Positions 1 to 7,653 of a stretch of 64,000 nucleotides of DNA are shown here, piece after piece. Each line of letters begins with the position of its first letter. Within the stretch, counting starts at the first letter, position 1. The position numbers and the translations under genes are program-made. The stretch comes from an uncultured archaeon (lineage in GTDB: Archaea; Thermoproteota; EX4484-205; JAAOZP01): positions 15,119-79,118 of the forward strand of contig CALIBN010000024.1 of NCBI GenBank assembly GCA_938045545.1, written 5' to 3'. The notes beneath the pieces were generated by a model. It was not told the origin of the DNA and did no database searches. It saw only the letters and a program-made list of their open reading frames with translations.

Positions 1-719
1 TATGAGATGTAAGGAAGCTAAGGTAATCCACAAAGATAACGAGTGGTTCGTCTACATCTGCATCGAGAAGGAGGTTGAGAAGAGGATTCCGAGGAACATT
101 TGGCCATAGATATGGGGATAAGGTGGATCGCTACGACAGTCAATTCCAGCAACCCGGTCCCAAAGTTTTACGGCAGGGAGCTGAGGAGGGTCAGGGGACG
201 CTTCTTTTACCTAAGAAGAAGCCTTGCATTGAAGAAGGCATACGGAGCAATAAAGAAGATTGGTGATAGGGAGCGAAGGATGGTGAACGATATCCTGCAT
301 AAGATAAGCAGGAGGATGGTGGACGAGGCCTTGGAGACGGATGCGATGATCGCCATGGGGAACTTGAAGGGAATTAGGGAAAATGATAAGGGCAAAGGTT
401 CAACAGGAAACTCAATGGATTTCCATACTGGAAGCTCAGCAAGTTCATAGAGTATAAGGCGAGGTGGCTTGGAATAAAAGTGATCAAAATAAACGAGAGG
501 AACACTTCGAAGCTTTGCCATAGATGCGGAAAGAAAGGAATCCGCGATGGAAGCCTCTTCAAATGCCAGAGCTGCAACTACTCATGCGACGCAGACTACA
601 ACGGAGCAATGAACATAATGAAGCGGGCCATGCGCTATATGCGAATGGCAGGGGCTGAGTTGACACAGCCCATAACCCGGCAGGATGAACCCACAGGGCG
701 ACGAACCGGGAACCCCTAG
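1..719 (+). pseudogene. tnpB: TnpB (IS200/IS605 family) 3' part, frameshifted; 5' end outside the window
   Basis: Reads KEAKVIHKDNEWFVYICIEK...AIDMGIRW...CHRCG...CQSCNYSCDADYNGAMNI across three frames, with breaks near 99 and 395. It is near-identical to 5377..6420. The original TAG stop is now CAG. Confidence 0.9.
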
Positions 720-733
720 CATGGGGATGTCAA
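652..733 (+). ncRNA. TnpB omegaRNA scaffold / element right end (copy 1)
   Basis: GGGCTG-agTTGACA-CAGCCC hairpin, CCCGG...CCGGG stem, terminal hairpin and ATGTCAA end. The loop TTGACA is complementary to the terminal TGTCAA (pseudoknot). Confidence 0.75.
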
Positions 734-735
734 AA

Positions 736-2430
736 CTAGCGCCGAGCCCCGTAGTCTTCACTGGTTTCTTTAGTAACCAGGTACTGCAGGTCGGTCTCAG
801 GATCCTTAACCGGGATGATCCTTATTCCGCCGACCCTGCTCACCTTCTTCACGTTCTCCGGGTATTTCCCCCCGTGAAGGTGGAAGATTTTAACCCTGTG
901 TCCTCTTTTAACGATCTGCTCTAGACAGGGAAGCGCCTCCTCAATGTTCTGCCAGCCGCAATCCGTTATAATGTTTATCAAAACCCTGTTCTCGCTCTCG
1001 GAGACGAGCCTCATGATCTCGTTTAGAGGAAGTATCGTCATTCCCCCGAAGTAGAGCGCTAAGGACAATTCCTTCTCAAGCGTCGAGCCCTGCCATTCTA
1101 CAGAGTAGTAGTCTGTTGAGAAGGCTATTGAAGCTGTTTTCCCACCTATTCTCTCCACGGAAAGCAGGTTGATGAAGGCTGAGGTTGCAGCATTATGGAT
1201 AACCTCCTGCATGCTTCTGCTGGCGTCTAAAACTATTAGGCTTGAGGGCACGTTGCTTACCGTCATGCTGCTCCCCTTCCCCTTAACCTCGCTCTGCCAT
1301 TTCACCGTGTTTATTTCAATCCGCAGCCTTCCCTCGTCGAGGCTGGCCTCCAGATCAAGGTCTTCAACCTCGTCCTCAATGTTCCAATCCATGGGGTAGC
1401 TGGATATTGCTAGATTCGGCTCAGGCCTCCTGCCCTCCTCAAGATATACGAGCATCGTCCTCCTCGCCCTAGCCCTATACCAGCATACTTTCCAGAAGAG
1501 CTCTTCAACCATCTCGTTAGTCAACCCGGTGTACGGCTTGCTTACGCTCGTAGGCAGCCTGGGCTCCTGCCCGCCCTCAGGCTTAGCGCGGCGTATTCCC
1601 CCGGCTTCTCCCCTTCTGGTCTTTTTCCCACCCGCCGCTTTACCGCTTTTCCTAATCGTCTTCTTAATCTCCTCAAGCTCAGAGTTCTTCAGCCTCGATT
1701 TAACCCAGTACTCGTAAAACCTTCTCGCCTCCTCGCTGTTTTTTATTCCCCCAAGCACCTCGTTAATCTTCTCAATAGTGTTCCTGCTCAAGTCCTCCCT
1801 TAAGGGGATGCTCGCGCCCGGGCCGGCAAGCTGCCTCGGTATTTCGGCTTTAACCCTGTTTAAAGAGAGGATGAGCGCCACCAGCCTCACTTTACTAAAC
1901 CAGTTTCTTTCAGACCTCATAACCATGCTGATTTGCCTAGCCACGTTTTCAACGTTATAGTCGTATTCCCTATGGCTCTTTCTCAAGATGTGCCTGTAGG
2001 CTGCCTGAATATACCTTCCAACCCCCCTCTGCGAAGTGTTTAGAAACTGTTCGACGTGATAAGGTGTTTCCCCGAACCTGCTTAAAAGGTAGAAGCAGTC
2101 AACGTTCAAGTCGGCGAACAGCAAGACTGAGAAATACGCGGTGCCCCAGTCCTTGCACGCACCGTAAGCCTCCTTCACCAGCTCGTAAGCCGTCCTAATG
2201 TCATACGGGCAGTAGTGCAGATGAGCAATCTCATGCCTGATGACGGACCTAAGATATTTTTCACCGTCAACCTTCTTCGGAACCGCCTCCGGAGAAATAT
2301 GTACTTTTGAATCCACCACGAAAAAGGGTTTGCCACCTTCACCGTCATGCTTCACTTCCAGTTCGCACGGTGGGAAATAGAGTTCACTCCTAACCTGCGC
2401 GAAAATCCTTCTTACTTCTTCATCGTCCAT
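736..2430 (-). CDS. vWA-domain protein with N-terminal HEXXH metallopeptidase-like domain
   Basis: RHEIAHLH motif; C-terminal MIDAS VLDASRS and ITD; lies directly downstream of a MoxR ATPase. Confidence 0.75.
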   Translation of the reverse strand: MDDEEVRRIFAQVRSELYFPPCELEVKHDGEGGKPFFVVDSKVHISPEAVPKKVDGEKYLRSVIRHEIAHLHYCPYDIRTAYELVKEAYGACKDWGTAYFSVLLFADLNVDCFYLLSRFGETPYHVEQFLNTSQRGVGRYIQAAYRHILRKSHREYDYNVENVARQISMVMRSERNWFSKVRLVALILSLNRVKAEIPRQLAGPGASIPLREDLSRNTIEKINEVLGGIKNSEEARRFYEYWVKSRLKNSELEEIKKTIRKSGKAAGGKKTRRGEAGGIRRAKPEGGQEPRLPTSVSKPYTGLTNEMVEELFWKVCWYRARARRTMLVYLEEGRRPEPNLAISSYPMDWNIEDEVEDLDLEASLDEGRLRIEINTVKWQSEVKGKGSSMTVSNVPSSLIVLDASRSMQEVIHNAATSAFINLLSVERIGGKTASIAFSTDYYSVEWQGSTLEKELSLALYFGGMTILPLNEIMRLVSESENRVLINIITDCGWQNIEEALPCLEQIVKRGHRVKIFHLHGGKYPENVKKVSRVGGIRIIPVKDPETDLQYLVTKETSEDYGARR

Positions 2431-2432
2431 CT

Positions 2433-3653
2433 CTATTCGAGCCCGAGGCCCACCTTCAAGGTTTCCTCCCGGCTGATCCTGCCTTCCCTAACCCATTTCT
2501 CCTCTAGGGAAAACAGCTCCTCGGCGAAAACATTATCCTCAGCAGCTATTTCTTTAGCGGTCCTATATAGGCCTGGGCTGAAACCGTTGTAAAGCTCGTT
2601 CAGGATGAACCATTGTTTCCTGGATTCTCGTTCAAACATTCTCTCCCTCTCCCTTTCAAGCAACTCGCTGATTTCCTTCAAGGGTTTCTCAGGGTTTAGG
2701 AAGCCTGTCCTATGTATGAGAACCCATTTAGCCATCTCGATCACATCCTTCTCCTCAACCTTTCCCTCAAGCCACTTCTTAGCCTTGACGAGTTGAAGCA
2801 GGATGAGGGTTGCCCTCTCGCTCGGAGGCTCCTTAACCCTGCTGCAGACGAACCTGGTGAAATGGCAGCCCTCGCACAGGACTGGAAGGGGGACGCTGCT
2901 ATGCTCCTTACCCCTGACGCACACTTGAAAGTCTCTGACGAGCGTGTTTATGAAGCCGATTAAACCTGGTTCAACCCCGGTTTCCTCAACCTCCCTCCTT
3001 ATCTCCGCCAGGTCCCCCGGCTCCATGACGCGCGGCATGGATTTTATCAAATCGTAGCCGTAATCATTGTTCAACTCTTGGAGAGCGAATTTTTGGCTCA
3101 CCGTGAGCGAACTCAGGTAGAGAGCAATGTCAAACCTGTCGTAGAACGGCGGAGGCTGTATGAAAGTCGTCACGTCACCCGGGTTCTCGTTAGCTATGAG
3201 AGTATAGTCTTCAACAGTATACTTCTGCCCGTAGGCCCATACTTCTCCGAACTGCATCAAATGATGAATGTTCGCAGTAGTGTAGGGGTTAAGCCTGTTC
3301 ACCTCATCTATCCCCTTGCCCTGGGCCCGTACGAACTTAGCCCAGAGGACTTTCTCCCTGCCCTTCTTCTCAAGCGAAGGAATATGGAGTCTTCCAACAA
3401 CCTCCCCTCTCTTCACCTCGGAGGCTCCTGAAATGACGACAAACTCGTCTCCGAAGAGGCCTTTCAAAACAAGCAGCATCAGCGTGGACTTGCCTGTTCC
3501 CCTGGGCGCCCTTATCAGCGTTGTGGACTTCCTGTGAAGCAGGTTCAGCAAAAGTATTGAGATTACCTCCTCGTTGCCGATGAACCTTTTAGAAAGCTCT
3601 TCTCTCAGCCTTTCCACGAGAGGCCTCTTGCTACTCACGCTAACCATCCCCAT
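2433..3653 (-). CDS. MoxR-family AAA+ ATPase
   Basis: Walker A APRGTGKST, Walker B IDEVNR, ANENP and YDRF motifs, Cys cluster CxxC. Confidence 0.85.
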   Translation of the reverse strand: MGMVSVSSKRPLVERLREELSKRFIGNEEVISILLLNLLHRKSTTLIRAPRGTGKSTLMLLVLKGLFGDEFVVISGASEVKRGEVVGRLHIPSLEKKGREKVLWAKFVRAQGKGIDEVNRLNPYTTANIHHLMQFGEVWAYGQKYTVEDYTLIANENPGDVTTFIQPPPFYDRFDIALYLSSLTVSQKFALQELNNDYGYDLIKSMPRVMEPGDLAEIRREVEETGVEPGLIGFINTLVRDFQVCVRGKEHSSVPLPVLCEGCHFTRFVCSRVKEPPSERATLILLQLVKAKKWLEGKVEEKDVIEMAKWVLIHRTGFLNPEKPLKEISELLERERERMFERESRKQWFILNELYNGFSPGLYRTAKEIAAEDNVFAEELFSLEEKWVREGRISREETLKVGLGLE

Positions 3654-3949
3654 GCGGCCGCTGCCAGGGAAACAATTAGGAGTAAAAGCAGTATTCTAAG
3701 CCTCAGCATGAGGCTTTTAATCCTCCTCTCCATCCAGTTAATCCTGTCGAGGATGTCGAAAGCAGTACTCCTGTCGAGATAAATGTAGTCTCCAGAAGTC
3801 TTGTTCGAATACGCGAACTCCAGGAACCCTGTGAAAGAATACTTGTCTCTCTTAACCTCTTCATCCCAGGAGATCCTCTGCCCCTGCCTCTCAACCTTAA
3901 TGTTGGTGGACTTCTCCTCTAAAAACTTTCTGAAACTTCTGCTCTCCAA
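3635..3949 (-). CDS. small protein with C-terminal transmembrane helix
   Basis: ORF overlaps the MoxR start; hydrophobic C-terminus. Confidence 0.55.
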   Translation of the reverse strand: MESRSFRKFLEEKSTNIKVERQGQRISWDEEVKRDKYSFTGFLEFAYSNKTSGDYIYLDRSTAFDILDRINWMERRIKSLMLRLRILLLLLIVSLAAAAWGWLA

Positions 3950-4059
3950 GCTGCATAACCATCGTGCGATGGTTTTTTAAGCATTATCCTGTTTTTTAAG
4001 GCTTGAGAAGCCCCAGCTTACGTTTGAAAACGTTTTTAACTTAGCCAAAAGGGTAAACG

Positions 4060-5331
4060 GTGATGAGAACATCCAGAATACCGGGCTTCTACAATTTAAG
4101 CGTGGCGGAGAGGCTGAGCAGGATAGTAGAGTACGCCGGGCTGACGGAGGAGGAGGCTAAACTCCTCTCGAAAGAGGGCAATCTAAGCCTAGAGACCGCT
4201 GACAGAATGGTTGAAAACGTGATTGGGACAATGGCTTACCCCTTCTCTGTTGCACTCAACTTCCTCATAGATGGTAAAGAGTATATCGTCCCCATGGTTA
4301 TAGAGGAAACCTCCGTCGTAGCGGCCGCCAGCAACGCTGCTAAAATGACTAGGGCGAAAGGAGGGATATTCACGGACGCCACAGAGCCCATCATGATAGG
4401 GCAGGTGCAACTGACTGGAGTAACCAACCCCCTCACGGCTAAAATGAAGATCCTTGAACACAGGGACGAAATATTGAAGCTTGCCAACGATCAGGATCCT
4501 GTTCTCGTAAAGCTCGGCGGAGGCGCTAGAGATGTTGAAGTTAGAGTGGTGGATAGTAACGTGGGCCCAATGGTGATAACGCATCTCCTAGTTGACGTTA
4601 GGGATGCGATGGGGGCGAACGCTGTCAACACTATGTGCGAAGCCGTAGCACCCCTGATAGAGAAAATAACCGGTGGAAAAGTATATTTGAGGATAATATC
4701 GAACCTTGCCGATAGAAGACTCGTAAGGGCTAGAGCGACGGTTGCCAAAGAGGAGGTCGGCGGCGAGGAGGGTGTCGACGCAATAGTGAAAGCATGGGCT
4801 TTCGCAGCAAGCGACCCCTATAGATGCTCAACACATAATAAGGGGATTATGAACGGTGTCATTGCAGTTGCTCTGGCTACTGGGCAGGACCATCGAGCTA
4901 TAGAGGCGGGTGCCCACGCTTTCGCTGCAAGGACGGGCAAATACCTGCCTTTAACCGTCTGGGAAAAGGATGAGAATGGCGATCTCGCTGGAACGCTGGA
5001 GATGCCCATGGCGGTTGGCTTAATAGGCGGGGCAACTAAAACTCACCCTATAGCGAGGATCGCGATTAAAATCCTTGGCGTTAAAACCGCGACGGAATTG
5101 GCGAGAGTGATGGGCGCCGTAGGTCTAGCTCAGAATCTTGCAGCCCTTAGAGCGTTGGCGCTCGAGGGGATTCAAGCAGGCCATATGAGGCTTCACGCGC
5201 GTAACATAGCGATTATGGCGGGTGCCACGGGAGACCTGATTGAGAAGGTCGCTGAGCAGATGATTAAGGAAAGGAAGATAAGGTTCGATAGGGCCCAGGA
5301 GCTCGTCAAGGAATTCACGGAGAAGAAGTGA
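4060..5331 (+). CDS. hmgA: hydroxymethylglutaryl-CoA reductase, class II
   Basis: ENVIG, EETSVVAAAS, DAMGANAVNT, HNKGIMNG and GHMRLH motifs. The stop codon TGA is supplied by the adjacent element end. Confidence 0.95.
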   Translation: MMRTSRIPGFYNLSVAERLSRIVEYAGLTEEEAKLLSKEGNLSLETADRMVENVIGTMAYPFSVALNFLIDGKEYIVPMVIEETSVVAAASNAAKMTRAKGGIFTDATEPIMIGQVQLTGVTNPLTAKMKILEHRDEILKLANDQDPVLVKLGGGARDVEVRVVDSNVGPMVITHLLVDVRDAMGANAVNTMCEAVAPLIEKITGGKVYLRIISNLADRRLVRARATVAKEEVGGEEGVDAIVKAWAFAASDPYRCSTHNKGIMNGVIAVALATGQDHRAIEAGAHAFAARTGKYLPLTVWEKDENGDLAGTLEMPMAVGLIGGATKTHPIARIAIKILGVKTATELARVMGAVGLAQNLAALRALALEGIQAGHMRLHARNIAIMAGATGDLIEKVAEQMIKERKIRFDRAQELVKEFTEKK

Positions 5332-5409
5332 CATCCCCATGCTAGGGTTCCCGGTTCGTCGCCCTGTGGGTTCATCCTACCGGGTTATGGGCTGTGTCAA
5401 CTCAGCCCC
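5328..5409 (-). ncRNA. TnpB omegaRNA scaffold / right end (copy 2)
   Basis: Same hairpins as 652-733; overlaps the tnpB 3' end and ends ATGTCAC. Confidence 0.75.
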
Positions 5410-6420
5410 TGCCATCCACATGTAGCGGATGGCTCGCTTCATTATGTTCATCGCTCCGTTGTAGTCTGCGTTGCATGAGTAGTTGCAGCTCTGGCATTTG
5501 AAGAGGCTTCCTTTGCGAGTTCCTCTATTTCCGCATTTATGGCATAGCTTCGAAGTGTTCTTCTCATTTACTTTTATTACTTTGATCCCGAGCCATCTAG
5601 CCTTGTACTCTATGAGCTTGCTGAGCTTGCGATAGGGGAATCCATTTAGTTTCCTGTTGAACCTCTTGCCCCTATCGCCATCCCTGATCCCCTTTAAGTT
5701 CCCCATTGCGATCATCGCATCCGTCTCCAAGGCCTCGTCCACTATCCTCCTGCTTATCTTATGCAGAATATCGTTCACCATCCTTCTTTCCCTATCTCCA
5801 ATTTTCTTGATCGCGCCGTATGCCCTCTTCATGGCGAGGCTTCTTCTTAGGTAAAAGAAGCGTCCCCTGACCCTCCTCAGCTCCCTGCCGTAAAACTTTG
5901 GGACCGGGTTGCTGGAATTGACTGTCGTAGCGACCCACCTTATCCCCATATCTATGGCCAAGACATTCTTCGGGATCCTCTTCTCAACTTTCTTCTCAAC
6001 GCAAATGTGGATGAACCACTCGTTGCCCCTGCGAATCACCTTGGCCTCCTTAAGCCCCATATCGCCCGTTATGGGCTCATGAGTCCTAATCGGAACCCTT
6101 ATCCCTCCCCAAACGCCGTAGACGGGTATCTTAAGCAAGTAGGGGCTTTGCTCGATTTCAATTCGGTAGGTGTCGTTCCTCAGCATTAGCGGATACTCCC
6201 CCTCCTTCAGCTTCCCGTTCAGCCTCCTCAGAAACCTCTCCGCGGCTTGCTTCGTGGCAGAGTATACCATAGCGGATTTCTCTCCCCTCAGGTAGCGCTG
6301 GAAGCTCTCGTACTCGCGCCTAAGGAGTTCCTCTTCCTCCCTCTTAAGCTCAAGTATCTTCGCCTTTATAGTCTTCCTAGCTGTAACATAGTTACTTTTC
6401 TCTGATTCTGAAAAAGACAT
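5377..6420 (-). CDS. tnpB: RNA-guided endonuclease TnpB, intact, 347 aa
   Basis: RuvC-I LAIDMG, RuvC-II IAMGNL with alternative E in VNEKNTS, Zn ribbon CHKC/CQSC, RuvC-III NADYNGAMNI. RBS GGAGGTGG upstream. Confidence 0.95.
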   Translation of the reverse strand: MSFSESEKSNYVTARKTIKAKILELKREEEELLRREYESFQRYLRGEKSAMVYSATKQAAERFLRRLNGKLKEGEYPLMLRNDTYRIEIEQSPYLLKIPVYGVWGGIRVPIRTHEPITGDMGLKEAKVIRRGNEWFIHICVEKKVEKRIPKNVLAIDMGIRWVATTVNSSNPVPKFYGRELRRVRGRFFYLRRSLAMKRAYGAIKKIGDRERRMVNDILHKISRRIVDEALETDAMIAMGNLKGIRDGDRGKRFNRKLNGFPYRKLSKLIEYKARWLGIKVIKVNEKNTSKLCHKCGNRGTRKGSLFKCQSCNYSCNADYNGAMNIMKRAIRYMWMAGAELTQPITR

Positions 6421-6435
6421 TTAGCACCACCTCCT

Positions 6436-6584
6436 GGGAGCCGGAGCGATAGCCCTGGCTAACGCTGATACTTAGCGAAAGCCACGCTGGGCCTATACCC
6501 GATTAAAAGCGGGTTCCAGCCACTACAAAGCAGGCTAAGAGGTTCTTTCTAAAACTCCCTGTTTCATGCTCCTCCGCAGCTCCC
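6436..6584 (-). ncRNA. ~150-nt structured RNA / leader upstream of tnpB
   Basis: Closing stem GGGAGCU/GGCUCCC and several internal stems. Compensatory changes relative to the second copy at 52255-52404. Confidence 0.65.
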
Positions 6585-6607
6585 AATTATGTTAAACAGA
6601 TGGGAGG

Positions 6608-6681
6608 TATATAGATATTCTGATGGCATATGGATGTCACTCGGATGGAACACGGATGACACACGGCCGCCTTTTTAAATA
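6608..6681. promoter_or_regulatory. divergent promoter region: TATA-like box for tnpB (6608-6614, minus) and for the TM-wHTH gene (6672-6681, plus), separated by an 11-bp repeat array
   Basis: CTATATA lies ~25 nt upstream of the structured RNA 5' end; TTTTTAAATA lies upstream of 6745. Similar AT-rich boxes are kept in the 52160-52231 copy. Confidence 0.55.
6622..6667 (+). repeat. 4 x 11-bp tandem repeat (GATGnnAcacG)
   Basis: GATGGCATATG GATGTCACTCG GATGGAACACG GATGACACACG GC. Confidence 0.85.
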
Positions 6682-6744
6682 TGCGGAGGGGGCGTTGCAA
6701 CGGAGTAAAGCATTTCTACCTCTCCGAATGTTAAAAGTAGGCAA

Positions 6745-7545
6745 ATGGGGATGCTGGGACACGTAGTGAGGCTGTTTTCCGCTGTAATCATTGGACTGCT
6801 GTTTTCATACCTCGTTTATCGGGCCTTGACCACTCTAGATAGTTTCCTAGCATCGATCCTCTCTCTCGGCCTCATGATGAGCATGCCCCTCACGCTAATC
6901 CTGGTTTTCTACAACAGGCTTCGCTGGGGAGCATTTTTCTTCGTGGCCGTCTGGCTCCTCTACGCCTCAGCGGTATGGCTCTACATGCTGGCCGGCTTTT
7001 TCACAACAGTCTTTCATGGACAGGCTTGGATACCCGTTTTCATATTAAGCATCGGCGGAATAGCCTTTCTCTTAGTTGTTCTCAGGAGGAGAGGGATAGG
7101 CCTCCCGCAGGTATTTCAAGGGAAAGGGGAGAGCTTGAAAGGTGTTAAAGAGATTCAGGAGGTTGCTGAGGAGCCCGTAGAAGGGGTCGTTGAGCCCGAG
7201 CCCCAAGAGGAGCCGGATTTCTCCCGAACCATGGAACTCCTGGATGAGGCCCACTGCAGGATCCTTGAAACCCTATTGGAGTCGGGCAGCCCGTATTCGA
7301 AGAAGGAGTTAGCCAAGGCTATTGGGGCAACATACAGAAGGGTTCTTAGGGCGGTCGAGGAGCTTGAGAAGCTTGGGCTCGTCGAGGTTAAGGAAGCACC
7401 GAGGAGTGCGAGGGGCTCCTCCGTAGTTCATGCCGTCAAGCTATCCCCAGCTGTATCTAGGAGGAGCGAGCTGGCCAAGGAGATGGTTAAGAGGAGGATG
7501 GAGGAGCTCGGGGCGGTTAAGGGCAGGGCTAAAACAAGCGCATAA
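6745..7545 (+). CDS. membrane protein (about 4 TM) with C-terminal winged helix-turn-helix
   Basis: Hydrophobic N-terminal ~115 aa, acidic Pro-rich linker, then RILETLLESGSPYSKKELAKAIGATYRRVLRAVEELEKLGLV. Confidence 0.8.
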   Translation: MGMLGHVVRLFSAVIIGLLFSYLVYRALTTLDSFLASILSLGLMMSMPLTLILVFYNRLRWGAFFFVAVWLLYASAVWLYMLAGFFTTVFHGQAWIPVFILSIGGIAFLLVVLRRRGIGLPQVFQGKGESLKGVKEIQEVAEEPVEGVVEPEPQEEPDFSRTMELLDEAHCRILETLLESGSPYSKKELAKAIGATYRRVLRAVEELEKLGLVEVKEAPRSARGSSVVHAVKLSPAVSRRSELAKEMVKRRMEELGAVKGRAKTSA

Positions 7546-7557
7546 AACCCATCGTTT

Positions 7558-7614
7558 GCCGTGTGTTATCCGTATGACATCCGTGTTCCATCTGAGTGCC
7601 ATCCGTGTTACATC
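7558..7614 (-). repeat. 5 x 11-bp tandem repeat, inverted relative to 6622-6667
   Basis: Minus strand reads GATGTAACACG GATGGCACTCA GATGGAACACG GATGTCATACG GATAACACACG GC. Confidence 0.85.
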
Positions 7615-7653
7615 GGGATGCTTATGAATGGGGATATCGATGATTGAACGGAA

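Noticed and set aside
685-924. ORFs starting MNPQGDEPGT (also 5193..5375)
   Set aside because: They are translations of the non-coding right end running antisense into host genes.
5377-6420. Nuclease-dead TnpB (TldR-like repressor)
   Set aside because: Both Asp residues are intact and an alternative Glu is present, consistent with a rearranged active site.
6622-7614. 11-bp repeats as a CRISPR array for TnpB/Cas12
   Set aside because: The units are contiguous with no spacers and are far too short.
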